Source of the DNA: an uncultured virus (IMG/VR IMGVR_UViG_3300025809_000015)
Taxonomy: Duplodnaviria; Heunggongvirae; Uroviricota; Caudoviricetes
Virus record (IMG/VR): IMGVR_UViG_3300025809_000015
Length of the DNA: 64,000 nucleotides
Direction: 5' to 3' (one strand)
Shown here: piece by piece, positions 29,101 to 40,600 of the stretch
How positions within the stretch are numbered: the first letter of the stretch is position 1
Layout of the letters: each line of letters begins with the position of its first letter
Position numbers and translations under genes: made by a program
The notes under the pieces: model-generated
Told to the model about the DNA's origin: nothing
Databases searched by the model: none
What the model saw: only the letters and a program-made list of their open reading frames with translations

Positions 29101-30871
29101 CTATAACCGCATAATTACCAGTAGTTTGTACATAATCACCTTTGGTAAATCTATCTTGGTCACCTAATGTAACTTTTAATAAACTGTTTTTTACATCATT
29201 TCCACCAACAAAGTGTCCACCCAATTTTACTTCAGATGTTAAAGGATATGTTTCTGTTTGATCAAAAAATTCAGGATATTGATTATCTAATTTAAAATTT
29301 AATCTATTAAACCTAGATCCACTAAACCTTGATTTAACATAAACTGTACTATCATTACAAGTAGCAACAAAAAATCTATCATTTTCACTAATACCTTTAT
29401 TAATTGCAGATGCTATAGATTGAGCTACTTCTTGTATGGTTCCGTTTGGATTAAAGAATCGTTCAAAGGATTTGCCAGGCGTTGGTGCTAATGTACTATT
29501 GGCAAAAATTTGACCAGTAAATTCGCTACCATCATAAAAAGCAATAGAGCTACCATCTTGTACATTGTCTAATATCTTAATATACATTTGCGCTACACCT
29601 GCACGACTAATAATACTTGCATTAGCAAAAGTATCAGGCTCCTTATATCCAGTAAATAAAGATATGTCTACTTCAGTATCAAATAATCTTATCTGATCTT
29701 TATCCCAGGTTGATCCTTTTTTAATAGTATGAAAATCATCTTCTTTATCTTTAACATAAAATATAGACTCTACTTCATTAACTCTCTCCGGTGTTGGTAA
29801 GCCTGTTATAACTTCAGTTTTATCAGGATCTAAATAAAGTAATATACCATTTTCATTTGTTAACTTAAATGGAGTATTTAAAAATTGGGAAACTTCTGTT
29901 ATAGAAGTTATAGTAGGCTGTTGTGATTTCTCAATATTTGTTCCTTTGTAAAAAGCCTCACCGGATATATCAAACTTACCTTCTTCAATATCATTAACAT
30001 ACATACCAAAATATCTATTAATAGAATAATCTTTAGCAGTAGGATCGTCAAACAAAAATTCCATGTTTAAAAGATTTGCTAAAAGTATGCCATTATTCTG
30101 AAACCCTTGTGTAAATAAGTATTCATCTTGTATAATAGTTGAATCTTTTGTAACCATATCTTCATATGCAAAATTACCTGAACTTGTAAAACCTCCATTA
30201 CTATATGATATTCCATTCCACAACATAGGCTCATCCCTTCTCCAAGTCATATTTAATGGAACTTCTGGAAAGTTTTCTTGATTTCTATAATTTCTAATAT
30301 AAGACCCTAATGCAGTACCTTGTGTTAAATCAAAAGTTTTAATTGCTGTGCAATTCTCCAAAACATTTTTATTAAAATTAACTGAGGTTTGCGCATTCGC
30401 CGTATCGGCATTTTCTGTTGCGGCTCTAAAGTTGTTGACAGCTGCTGGATTATCTAATCTAAAAATTACAAAATAATTTGGTATTTGTTCATTTAACCAA
30501 AGTGGTGCAAAAGTACCTAGACTTTGAGAATAGCTTTCTGATGCTACAGATCTGGTACCAGCACAATAAAACATTTCATATTGATTACGATAATTGGAAA
30601 GTACAGCATCATCCTCGTATTCTTGGAATATCTCATATGCGGCTTCTTTAGGAAACTTGCCATTATCAAAAAATTTAAAAACATCCTGGTCATAAGTACT
30701 AGTACCGTCGACTTTAAATGCTTTAAACTTCTGAGATGATAGTCGAGTATTAGCACTAAATGATTCTAGATAGATGTCTATACCATCAGACACAATCTTA
30801 ACATTACCCGTTAACTTAGGGTTTGTTCTAATTAAACTATAGGATGCTTTATCGAGCAGGTTTTCAGCCAT
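26117..30871 (-). CDS. Large hypothetical virion protein (1584 aa)
   Basis: Long ORF in structural block, preceded by AATATATAA motif; no family recognised. Confidence 0.6.
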   Translation of the reverse strand: MAENLLDKASYSLIRTNPKLTGNVKIVSDGIDIYLESFSANTRLSSQKFKAFKVDGTSTYDQDVFKFFDNGKFPKEAAYEIFQEYEDDAVLSNYRNQYEMFYCAGTRSVASESYSQSLGTFAPLWLNEQIPNYFVIFRLDNPAAVNNFRAATENADTANAQTSVNFNKNVLENCTAIKTFDLTQGTALGSYIRNYRNQENFPEVPLNMTWRRDEPMLWNGISYSNGGFTSSGNFAYEDMVTKDSTIIQDEYLFTQGFQNNGILLANLLNMEFLFDDPTAKDYSINRYFGMYVNDIEEGKFDISGEAFYKGTNIEKSQQPTITSITEVSQFLNTPFKLTNENGILLYLDPDKTEVITGLPTPERVNEVESIFYVKDKEDDFHTIKKGSTWDKDQIRLFDTEVDISLFTGYKEPDTFANASIISRAGVAQMYIKILDNVQDGSSIAFYDGSEFTGQIFANSTLAPTPGKSFERFFNPNGTIQEVAQSIASAINKGISENDRFFVATCNDSTVYVKSRFSGSRFNRLNFKLDNQYPEFFDQTETYPLTSEVKLGGHFVGGNDVKNSLLKVTLGDQDRFTKGDYVQTTGNYAVIGDWVPYTDEPIYNGLREIIGYTDIDKYAIITCNDNQIMVTRSGQVALYSDYKPSFGRFSFFEVKDFDFDFYSTLYSQEGELDFEYNEYNQTVAGAVPLEYEGVSSNPEIRSFYDNGGFYNLIGLVGDAEKQNPDEQYIKSEYVRLEENFLTSQAAISRIAPYINKWAWVNNGKDVRNHPYRLNANEAFGLNNFAPSKWDKIQEASGYTHEWYYLSEFPNYFTKDAIEKSWSYIDKAPRDNTQANFATGQAFVPGTFQNVIKDYFNDYFVVQKFTTRGITEIDRQLRYGRLNGGDEKNFSETFLRGVRIIAKNKAIGTEKADFNARSLSYVRDGEFNDYRFSVMLVPNLNSDGRTPDPNIPEFQVKFIKNEKWKTVVMLISMAYIDECLQPDINSTSIIDRTTLYSLNSSYVTLSDCSPRILSNGKYDYEKTNLRGAVSFATSTQDSNGIFTIRFQPSLDGTLPELVNDVRILEDGSYGIIKWRIGIGTPAQQTFQITGIQGVIDNSTLTATTVTKTEGGVTTNVSLPIGSPPNNALRSAEYDISQGGYQQFDNRLTAAAFGNIFDSINQGNPSIIYETIAADGSQIKNKDGSLAQTFGIELRAQSDILKSIYVGVLPDPAKPTAFNLADVIGYDLSLQKTPRITPIARHAGYYEPYALPLLSFRDPYQNLDFEEVTGGTGSVLIPDAAYKIKVMELCKYKNAQFNSSDPEFGQIQNFFYHKVNEQDPSAVLELSRESAFNSLYPLINEIGIDYRDFYMFSSNWEPSYFIKSIDKSAIEKVIGTRSMFERKSFFGSKYLKVPETIVLETFKPDPFIKAAIRQPSLISGTFMYQDQPAVSISKRSIKSEGVLNTRAIKKKQSAPVETFYLFNQKRLMEYLFTPIKEQFLLYIKDEFGYGDLETLDDDVNQYIKENILKLYKIEKVDFYTLASRTKGGSTFTTAELTNEEKISKGLTINNNVASKTLNTNPFDLRLIYNKRTGFSESYGFSVTIVKK

Positions 30872-30922
30872 GTATCTTTCACTTTTTTTATATATTCACC
30901 AAAAGATATAGCAATGGTTAAA

Positions 30923-33900
30923 TTACAGGTCTGCTTCCCCAATGAAAGTATTAGCTCCACTTCTTCCTCCTCCGCCACCACCTGACCTAGTACTTACGGC
31001 AGTTTGTGTTAATGAAGGTCTTAATGCTGATACAACTTTTTCTAAATCACTTAAGCCTTTAGTTACTGTTGCTTTAGGGAATACATCTATACTTAATCTA
31101 TCAGATCTATAATTAGCAGAAACTTCAATATCAAATTGAACTACATCTGAATTATTTGGATATAAATCAAACCCAATTCTTTTAGTATATGTTAAGTTAA
31201 CAGTAGAACCTGTTTCATCACCACCAATATTACCTAAACCTGTACCTGATGTAGTTCCAAAGTAATCAGTCATTCTATATTGGAATACCAAAGGAACACT
31301 AACAGCATTCTGTTGGCCAAACTGTACTACCTCTCTAGATTGTATAGAATCTCCATCTACTTGAATATTCAAATGATTATCAGAAGATATAAACAGATAA
31401 GATCCACAAGACTGCCTTCCTAAAGTATATTGGTCAAAACCTTCAAATGAATTTTTAGCATTTCTAGAATAACCACCAGTAATATAACCAGCAGCAGTAG
31501 TATCCCACAGATTTACTAAAGCAGCCGACGATAATGATGGGCTAGGCTGAAGTATTTGTCCAGTATCAAAAGTAAGCCCTGCGTATGGCGCGCCTGTTGC
31601 GGTTGACAAATTATACAAGTCGGTAACATTTTCATTTAAATAAATTCCTTGTTGTTTTCCATAAGGAGAATCAGAAGTTAACGGTGAAAACTTAGACTGT
31701 CTAAATAATACAGCAGCTGTACCATTACCGGCAACAGTACAATCTATACCAACACCTGTTGGTAATACAACTGGCAATGTATTAATATCACCAGTTAAAG
31801 ATTCATAAGCAGCTTTATATGCAGTGTAATTAGTTAAAAACGGGTGTGCAATTGAAACTGATACTAAATTATCAGCAGGTGTTTGCGAACCTGGATAAGA
31901 AGCTGTTGTAGTAGGAAGCCCAGTATCTAAAAATCCACCACCCCAAATAAATTGTGTTGTCGGATCAGAAACTGTAGTTGCAGCTGGTGCACTATAAAAA
32001 TTTTCTAATGTATCTAAATTAAAAGTATAACCATTTGTTGGTAAATCTGCATTAAGATAACTATAAAAATTACCTTCGGCAGATACATCAGCAAATCTAC
32101 TATAAATAAACTGATTCTTATTTTGTGTAGACTGAAATGGTGGTTGAGAAACCATTTGCCCATACTTTGTGCTGGCAGTAACATCAGGATTTGTTAAAAG
32201 AATTGGTGATAGATCATATTTTCTAATTGTATTATAATCAGCATCATCACCCCTGTATGTAGCCCTATCATTTGACTGATTATCTTTACTATTATCTAGC
32301 CATGAATATGTTGCTGGTAAAATAACCGAACCATTTATTAAACTTCCAGTGTTAGTTGGCGAATATAAGCCAGGGTTTTCAGATTGTTTTACCATCCTAC
32401 TTCTATTACCAGTAATTCTAGCTATTAACTGTAAAGCAGTTTGTGATCTATTTGCAATGTTAATAAAATAAGTCTTTGAAACAATAGCACCTCTAGGATC
32501 ATCCAATCCATCAACTTCTTGTGAATAGAATCCAGCAAATACTTTTGTAGTTGCATTTCTTCTTAAATTAAATGTATTACCAGTATCATCAACTAAAGTA
32601 GTTACTAGTTCACCTTGTGCACTGCTTAGTATTTCTGAAAACAGATCCAATTGATTTTGCATATCTTGTAATTTTGTAAACAAATCAATTGGTGTTTGAT
32701 TCTCGGATAGAAAACCAGAAGCAATTACTGGAGATGAATGAGCAAAATATGTTTCATTAGCAGTAAAAGAACTGCTTAAGTGAGTAGGTAACCCAATAGA
32801 TTCTAAATTTTCATTTAATGAAACTAGCGCTAAGTCTTCTTGGTTTTGAGTCAATATAGATTCAAGAGCACTATCAGAACTTAAATCAGCTGGAAATTCT
32901 ACTCTTATAGCTGTACTCCATTCACTTTCTAATGGATTAGCTGGCCACCCTGCTTCAGAAATAGATTTAACTTGTATTTCTACTTGTTCACCTTTTCTAA
33001 TTGGAATGTCTAATTGATTAATATTTACTGCATCTGCATTATCATCATTAATAGCAACCCATTCATATAAACCAGTTATAGTATTTTTAACCCTAGGTCT
33101 TAATACACTATCCACTATTACATAATTAGAAAATGCACCTTGGCTAGTACCAGACCCGTCAGTATAAGTAAATTGATCTACTGCATTAGCAGCACCGTCC
33201 GACGAAAGATACCTGTAACGATATTTAAATTTTATTATATCCTGTACACCTGTTTCAGGAGCTGATTTTTCTTGTGGCATTGCCCAGAATCCTCTTACTC
33301 TATATTTAGGAGTTATACTACTTACAGAATTATCAGATGCAAAAGAATCAATTTCGGTAACTACAGATGAATATAATTTAGCCTGTGATGCTCTTTCAGT
33401 AATTAAACCTTGTAACGCATTTTTATCTGAATCCCTTTCAACTTCAGTAGTATAATTAGTTGTTTGTATTTTTGCTCTACTCTGAGAAATAGCAACATCT
33501 AATTCACTAAGTGTTGCTTGTATTGTACTCTTTTGATTATTTAAGTCTTTAAGCTGAACAATAGAATCTGAATTACTAACCTGACCATTTATTAAAGCCA
33601 CAGTAAAATCCTCAGAAGTTAAAACTGGAGCATTAGGTGTTAAACCTTCTCTACTTGTTGGCATCTTGTCTTGTGCAAACGATAAAAGATATCTACCAAA
33701 ATCAACAGCATTCTGTTGATAATAATCTGCTAAAGTCTGCTGAGTACCAGCAGCATTAATAGTTGTTAAATTATTTGTATAAAATCCACTACCCGGTGAC
33801 CAATTAACAGCAGGTATTTTTGAATCTGGATCAATAGGTTTAATAAAGGTTACACATCTTTCATTAAATCCAACAGTAACGTCTACCTCTAAAGTATCAC

Positions 33901-34837
33901 TTAATGAAGATCCTATTTTTAAAACATCAGCACCTATACTTATAGTCCTAGAACCTTCCTGTAATCTTACTGTAACGGAATTAGTACTAGCATCAATCTG
34001 TGTTACTGTGTATCGAGTATCAATTGGTGTAGATACTACTTCTAAACTATCTCCTACTTTAAGTTGTACAGTATCAGCAAAATCAGCCTCCGAATCTGTA
34101 TAAAATATTTTATTTAACTTATATAATTTTTGAACAGTTGTTTGCTCTACACCATTTACAGTTTCAGTAACACTTTCTTCTCCAATTCTAATTACACTAA
34201 AGTTACCAGAGTATCTCTTATCTCTTGGTGGTAAATCTACTACAGCCTCGTCTAATACATAAGCTATATTCTTTTCTACAATTTGTTGTAAAAAAGTATC
34301 ATAATCTATTACTGCATTCCCATTATAATTTGATTCAAAGTAATTAATTTTACTCTGTGAGTTTGTATCTAAAATGTATCTTTGTACAATAGCCCTTTCA
34401 GTATCAATAGGAGCCTGTCCTGTAATATCAAATGCTACAAATAATAATGGATTTATTAATTCCTCAAAAAACCAATTAGGTTTAATATCAAATTCATTAA
34501 TGGAATTTAATGAAGTAAGATCTTGTGCCTCGGTTGGTAATTTAGCTAAAACTAATTTTCTAAATGTACCATCAGCTAATCTTATAGAACTATTACCATC
34601 ATTAAAGTTAGTAATAGTATTAATGTTTGTATTTAATCTGTCTACCGAATTTTTAAGAAAACCAAAACTTGGAATAGTAATCCTAGAATTTGTACCATCA
34701 TTATTCTGAATGTTAACAGTTACAGAATCTCTACTTGATGTAATCGCTTGATTTACTTTCTCAAAGCTCTCCAGTGAATTGTTAAAAAGTCTTAACAGTT
34801 CCGGAAGCATTGTTTGTATTGAATTATTTTCAGCCAT
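30923..34837 (-). CDS. Large hypothetical virion protein with coiled coil and Ig/FN3-like segment (1304 aa)
   Basis: Heptads LKDLNNQKSTIQATLSELDVAI; EIQVKSISEAGWP...SEWS is FN3-like. Confidence 0.55.
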   Translation of the reverse strand: MAENNSIQTMLPELLRLFNNSLESFEKVNQAITSSRDSVTVNIQNNDGTNSRITIPSFGFLKNSVDRLNTNINTITNFNDGNSSIRLADGTFRKLVLAKLPTEAQDLTSLNSINEFDIKPNWFFEELINPLLFVAFDITGQAPIDTERAIVQRYILDTNSQSKINYFESNYNGNAVIDYDTFLQQIVEKNIAYVLDEAVVDLPPRDKRYSGNFSVIRIGEESVTETVNGVEQTTVQKLYKLNKIFYTDSEADFADTVQLKVGDSLEVVSTPIDTRYTVTQIDASTNSVTVRLQEGSRTISIGADVLKIGSSLSDTLEVDVTVGFNERCVTFIKPIDPDSKIPAVNWSPGSGFYTNNLTTINAAGTQQTLADYYQQNAVDFGRYLLSFAQDKMPTSREGLTPNAPVLTSEDFTVALINGQVSNSDSIVQLKDLNNQKSTIQATLSELDVAISQSRAKIQTTNYTTEVERDSDKNALQGLITERASQAKLYSSVVTEIDSFASDNSVSSITPKYRVRGFWAMPQEKSAPETGVQDIIKFKYRYRYLSSDGAANAVDQFTYTDGSGTSQGAFSNYVIVDSVLRPRVKNTITGLYEWVAINDDNADAVNINQLDIPIRKGEQVEIQVKSISEAGWPANPLESEWSTAIRVEFPADLSSDSALESILTQNQEDLALVSLNENLESIGLPTHLSSSFTANETYFAHSSPVIASGFLSENQTPIDLFTKLQDMQNQLDLFSEILSSAQGELVTTLVDDTGNTFNLRRNATTKVFAGFYSQEVDGLDDPRGAIVSKTYFINIANRSQTALQLIARITGNRSRMVKQSENPGLYSPTNTGSLINGSVILPATYSWLDNSKDNQSNDRATYRGDDADYNTIRKYDLSPILLTNPDVTASTKYGQMVSQPPFQSTQNKNQFIYSRFADVSAEGNFYSYLNADLPTNGYTFNLDTLENFYSAPAATTVSDPTTQFIWGGGFLDTGLPTTTASYPGSQTPADNLVSVSIAHPFLTNYTAYKAAYESLTGDINTLPVVLPTGVGIDCTVAGNGTAAVLFRQSKFSPLTSDSPYGKQQGIYLNENVTDLYNLSTATGAPYAGLTFDTGQILQPSPSLSSAALVNLWDTTAAGYITGGYSRNAKNSFEGFDQYTLGRQSCGSYLFISSDNHLNIQVDGDSIQSREVVQFGQQNAVSVPLVFQYRMTDYFGTTSGTGLGNIGGDETGSTVNLTYTKRIGFDLYPNNSDVVQFDIEVSANYRSDRLSIDVFPKATVTKGLSDLEKVVSALRPSLTQTAVSTRSGGGGGGRSGANTFIGEADL

Positions 34838-34860
34838 TATCTAGGTTTCAATTTTATTAT

Positions 34861-37023
34861 TTATTTGATGCAATCATATACAAAACTTAACACTCCTTGC
34901 TCTGTACAAATTAGATCAATTATTGGAATGTTAGTATTGCTTAATTTAGCATTAGGTATAGTTGCAGCCAATTTTCCAAATGAACCAGTATTAAGTCTAC
35001 TTGGAGAATCGGTATATATTTTTATATCACGAGATCCCATAAGAGGAATGTTGTTAAATGTTAGTCTTACTGTTTGCCCAGTTCTCCACTGAATATCAGT
35101 ATCATCAATATAAATAGCTAAATCACCAGCAGCTGTATTTATAGTATCTAGTCTTAACATATTTGTATATGTTCCTAAATCTACAAATACCCTAGGATCA
35201 ACTACATTTAAGTTTAATGGTGCAACTGTAGTAATTGGAACATTACCAGCATCTACTGGTACCATTAAATTATATGCTTGCACATTATTAGATATTTGAA
35301 TTTGATTAGGTGTGTTAGTGTTAACTGTTATACCTGTTCCTTGCCTAACAACTTCAGTGTTATATTGTAAAGTAGTAGCAACCTCACCGTTAGCTAATGC
35401 TTGAATTTCATCAGAGTTTTTAGCAATTAAATCTAACAATGTAGTACTACTTGCAAAAGCCAATGAAGCATTATCAATTTGTGTTTGTAAACTATTAATT
35501 TGCGACTGTAAGAATGCAGATGTACTAACTGAATTAAGAGTATTCTCAACAGCAGCTAATCTTAATTCCATGTCAGCTATCTCTAATTGCTGTCTTTGGA
35601 ATATTTGAGCCGATGCTTGTAACTGCGCAGATGCATCTGAGAATAATCCCATCGAAAAAGTATTATAATCATTTACAATTGTATCAATACCTGCAGTACC
35701 AGGAGAAGCATCAAATCTTAAATTAATTTTAAATCCATAACTATTACCATTTTGGCCAGTTGTAAGATTAGGTTTATATTTCGGGTATCTTTGAATATAT
35801 CCTCCATCAGTTGTAGGAGTTATATTGTCTAAAATTAAAATACCGTATAAGTTTGTTTTAGTTTTGCTAGAATCACTTAAGTCTACCATATCATAGTAAA
35901 CCGCAACTGCATTAAATTCAAATGATTCAGCTAAGTCAGTTCCATTAAATTGTGGAATAGTACTTATTGTAGCATCCTGCACAATCTGTTGATAATCATT
36001 AGGATTAAAATCAACTGATATACCATCAAGCTCGGATCTTACATAAGCAGATCCACTATACCCTGTAGGATTATTGTAATCAGCAGGATATTTTCTAATG
36101 TTAGCATTAAGAACACTTTCAAATGTAGTTGGTTCTGTGAAGTAAGCATCTACAGTATTAGGAGGTGTTGCTTCATTCATCCAGTTACCACCAGAAATTG
36201 GTAGTGCTGGGTCTGTTATTGAAGCCGTAGCATAAGGTAAAGTATACCCAGCAGGTCCTGGACCTTGTAAAGGTTGGTCATAATCATAATAAGCAAATAT
36301 GTCTAATCCTTGTGGGTGGACTGTTGCTGAATTCCTTCCCATTATATACTCGCTTGTACCTTGGATTTTTAATGATGGTTGATAATTATTATCAGATATT
36401 GAATCAAAGAGGATTGTAGGCGTTCTACCCACTTCTGTCGGTACATTAATATATAATTCCGTATAAGCTTCTCCGGCTTTATCTACATTATTTACAATAT
36501 CAATTTCACCAATATATCTAACTACTCTTCTATACTGTCGAGTCCCAGATGTAACTTCATCTTCTTCAACAAATCTTTTATCTGTAATACTACTTGCTTT
36601 CTCTAATGCAGTAGCTTCTCTAAATCGCATAGCACCAGTTTCCTTTAACCATTTAAAGAATACTCTTTCTGTAACTGTTAGGTTAGTTGTGTTATCATAT
36701 GTTGCATCACTGATAATAAGTTCTTCTAAATTCAGCGCGTAGTTTTGAAGACTTTCAGTAAAATTAACATTAGGATCACCTTTTAAGCCACCACTCCATA
36801 TTGCACCATCTATTGTATCAAACTGCATATAGTTCTGAAAATTACTAAATGTGGTTGGATCTAATCTATCCATGTCAGGTAGATTAAGAAGCACAAACTT
36901 AGAAAAGACTAACTTTAACTCATCATTATTGAGAGTTCTAGATAAGTCTTTAGCAGAGGAAGAGAACGTGTAAAATGTTCCCCCGTCTGCTTGCGGAGTT
37001 CTGATTAAGGGCGTTGTTGCCAT
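34861..37023 (-). CDS. Hypothetical virion protein with coiled coil (720 aa)
   Basis: LQSQINSLQTQIDN heptads; structural context. Confidence 0.55.
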   Translation of the reverse strand: MATTPLIRTPQADGGTFYTFSSSAKDLSRTLNNDELKLVFSKFVLLNLPDMDRLDPTTFSNFQNYMQFDTIDGAIWSGGLKGDPNVNFTESLQNYALNLEELIISDATYDNTTNLTVTERVFFKWLKETGAMRFREATALEKASSITDKRFVEEDEVTSGTRQYRRVVRYIGEIDIVNNVDKAGEAYTELYINVPTEVGRTPTILFDSISDNNYQPSLKIQGTSEYIMGRNSATVHPQGLDIFAYYDYDQPLQGPGPAGYTLPYATASITDPALPISGGNWMNEATPPNTVDAYFTEPTTFESVLNANIRKYPADYNNPTGYSGSAYVRSELDGISVDFNPNDYQQIVQDATISTIPQFNGTDLAESFEFNAVAVYYDMVDLSDSSKTKTNLYGILILDNITPTTDGGYIQRYPKYKPNLTTGQNGNSYGFKINLRFDASPGTAGIDTIVNDYNTFSMGLFSDASAQLQASAQIFQRQQLEIADMELRLAAVENTLNSVSTSAFLQSQINSLQTQIDNASLAFASSTTLLDLIAKNSDEIQALANGEVATTLQYNTEVVRQGTGITVNTNTPNQIQISNNVQAYNLMVPVDAGNVPITTVAPLNLNVVDPRVFVDLGTYTNMLRLDTINTAAGDLAIYIDDTDIQWRTGQTVRLTFNNIPLMGSRDIKIYTDSPSRLNTGSFGKLAATIPNAKLSNTNIPIIDLICTEQGVLSFVYDCIK

Positions 37024-37045
37024 GTATTTTTTCTTTCTTTAATTA

Positions 37046-37690
37046 TTATGATAGTACATATCCTTGTCCACCAACTATGTACCAAACTGGAACGCCTGAT
37101 CCATTGTCAATTGCCAAAAGATGTACACTTTCTCCTACTGCATTTAAAGTAATGTAATCATTAGTACCTGTTGTAACTAAGTTACTTGAGATACCTTGGA
37201 TTTGTACACTACCGCTACCTTCGGTGCAAATAAAGAAAATTTCTTGTCCTATACTTCCACTATATAAAGTAAGTGTTAATGTATTTGTAATATCTGTATT
37301 ACCACACCTATTAATTGAATAAGGTGGAATTGCAGTACTATTACCAACATTAATTGCCATACCTGCTCCAGCTGTGGTATCATTAAGAGGTGTAGGGTTT
37401 GTATCATTTCTGAATATAGCACCACCATTTAAATTTAAATTACCAGTCATTTTGACATTTGTTAAAATATCAAAAGTACTAGCATTAATATCAAGTAGTA
37501 TTGTACTAAGCCCAACTCTCAATGCCTCAGTTGAAAGATTGTTTAAATTAGTGATTGTACCTGCGGTTGGAGCAAAGTATGTCTCCATCGCATTAATTTC
37601 ACTAGCAAGAACATTAAAGTTATCATTAATTACTAACCTCGATCCTGATAAAGAATCGGTTCCTAAAATTTCTGTTACGCTGATTGCCAT
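37046..37690 (-). CDS. Baseplate/fibre-attachment-like virion protein (214 aa)
   Basis: N-terminal TDSLSGSRLVINDNF resembles the D(S/T)L...IN.NF motif of T4 gp9/gp10-type proteins and parallels the N-terminus of 23083-26106. Confidence 0.5.
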   Translation of the reverse strand: MAISVTEILGTDSLSGSRLVINDNFNVLASEINAMETYFAPTAGTITNLNNLSTEALRVGLSTILLDINASTFDILTNVKMTGNLNLNGGAIFRNDTNPTPLNDTTAGAGMAINVGNSTAIPPYSINRCGNTDITNTLTLTLYSGSIGQEIFFICTEGSGSVQIQGISSNLVTTGTNDYITLNAVGESVHLLAIDNGSGVPVWYIVGGQGYVLS

Positions 37691-37691
37691 T

Positions 37692-40600
37692 TTATTTTGT
37701 TTGTTTTATATTTAAGATATTTCTACCTTTTTTATATTTATTCCCATTCGTATCTGTAAGTTCTAATGTTATCATATACTTTCCTGGGTCTTTAAAAAGA
37801 TATGTTAGATACTTGCTTTCAAAATATATATCAGCCACTGATGAGTTAGTAGTATTGGAGATGGTCCATCTAGGAGCATCCTTTCCAACTATTCTACATT
37901 TATCATAGACAAACATGGCCCATGACATCGGTGGTAATACTTTTCCATCATTAATAAACTTAGCAGTTCCCCATGTAGGATTGCTAGTTATACTTTGGCT
38001 TGATTTATAAATTCTACTTAAACAATCTACATTTCCACCCGATGGTAATCTTTCAAATGGTACATAACCAGATGGATTACTCGGTAGTGCAAATATTGAA
38101 TTTAATGTAGTAGTGTTAGGCTTTACTAATAGCTTACTTATATAATTTGTATATAGAGCATGACCTAACGGATTGTTTGATTCAACTAATATAGGAGTAT
38201 CGGCAGTCCATTCAGGTGCTAAAGTTCCACCACTTACATAAGTAGTAATAAAATCCCACTCTGCATAAATTAACAAGTATAAATACTCTCTCATTAATAA
38301 TGCATTAAATTCATCTAGCGACTGCCCAGGCTGCTGTGTGTAGCCTGATGTATCAAATACACCGTTTGAAATTGCTTCGGCCATTGCTGTATAGGTTGGC
38401 CCATATGCTGATGTTTGATTAAATACATTAGGATATGCACCAGGCAAACCAAATGTTGTTATAGTATGAAGCAAATGTTCTAATACTTCTGTAATTTGAG
38501 CCTGCGGTGTAAGACCGTCATTTTGCCAAATAAAATCAACGTTTGCATTATTATCATTAGTTTGATCCCACCCTGCTAAATCCTCTAAAGCTGGAGTATA
38601 TGAACCCATCCCAATATAACCTATTCTTTGAATTGTTTTTAGTGATTGCATTTTTGCCAATACTGCTGCTTGTTTATTATAAATTATTCCAGCACTATCA
38701 GGATTTAATATCATTTCAGCACACCTTGCAATTTTTTCTACAAAAGCATCCTTAACAGCCGGTGCTCCACTTATTGCACCTACTGAAAGTAAAGTCATTC
38801 CATTTATTGGTAATGCTTTAGCAAAAGGTGGGTATACTGTTGTTGCTGCTATTGGCCCACCAACATAATCTGTAGAATTACCAGTACCACTTGCACAAAC
38901 CCTAAGTCCATTTGAATCTACAATATCTACTGATTTAAAATCTCCATGTTTGCCATAATATCTAGAAACTGCTTGAACAAACATTTCACTATTAATAGAA
39001 TTTAAAACTAAGTTATAAACATATTTATTAATAATAGGATTAGTGCTAACATTAAGCTGACTAACAGCATCTCCTAATGTAAGAGTTGATGCATCAAAGA
39101 AATGAGTACCTACTGTGTTATCAAGCTCTGTAATTTGTAAATAGGTATTAGGCTTCATTTCACTAAACTGAAAAAATGCAGGAGTGTCACCAGTTGTAGC
39201 TGTCATTTCCCACCATAAGTGATAAGCATTATTCCAAGTACATAATGGACGATTTAAATTTTTCCATTGATAAGGGCCACTAAAACTAGCCTTACCATCA
39301 TCTTGATAATTTAATAATTGAAAGTCTGTTGATGTTCCAATACCAAAAGTATTTAATATAGCATTAACTCTATCAAGAGAATCATATAAGCTTGGTGTTT
39401 CTTCATCCCATGTTACTGTAGGTGATTGTGGTAAATTCCATAAAGATCCATAATTTTTCCATGTATATTTTCCTTCACTACTCCATGTATATCTTTCCTT
39501 TCTTCCTTGATACCATCCTGAATATTCTACTTCTCTAGCATCCACACAAATTGCATCATGTTTTACTGATGATGAAATATTATTATATAAATCAAATAAT
39601 TTCATTTCAACATTATAACTACCAACATAAGGTAAGGTTAAAGGAAGAGTTCCATATTGTCCTATAGTTCCTCTTATTTGAAAAAAGTATGCAGGTGAAA
39701 CATCAGATGCATCTTTATAAATTGTCCATTCTATTTCTGCAAAATTACCTGATTCTAAACCATCCCACGTAAATAAAGTTTCACCAGGTAATTGAATATC
39801 AGTAAACTGCCCACCGCTCGCAGGGTTTGCTAAAGTAGCGCTTGCAACAAATCGATTAACATCGTTTCCATAACCTCTAATACATGGACCTATTTCATTA
39901 GTAACCTGTGACCAATCAAACCATAACCACGGATCAACTTGTGCCGTTTTAAACGCAGCTACTTGATTAAATATCGAGGTTGTAATTGTCTGTATAGTAT
40001 CTCCTGCAACTACTGTATGTGTTGCAGAGGTTCCTGTCGCAGGATCGCTTAATTTATAAACATCACCAACAGCTGCACCTTGAACATTAAAATCAAAAGT
40101 AAAAAAATCATTAGCATTTGTTAACTGTTCCCAAGTGCTATCAATATTATCCCATGTTAAATTATTAAAGCTATCATTAGTTAAAGTAATTAGAGCACCG
40201 GCTTTAGCACCAGGTTGATCTGGTAAATATTCAGAAGAATACCCTTGCTTATAATCTAAACCTGCCACTTTATTTAAGTTAGGTGCATATCTTGCAAAAT
40301 AAGCAGCATAGACACCAGCAACGTCTTTTAGCTGTACATTACCACCATTCTGTAAAGCACCTAGTACACTATTAGGATCAGGCCCAATTGGTGGTGGTGG
40401 TAAAATTTGACCAGGAGTATAATTCATTAACATATTTTGCCCTACTGAAGCGGCACCTGCAGATAGTGGCGCAATATAAGCATTACAATAATTAATTATA
40501 GCCTGCCCCACAACAGCAGCTTCATCTAAACAAAATGAATCAAAAGTTCTTAAGTCTTCTATATAAGTACATGCAGCTGGAAAAACTTTAAAATCAGTAT

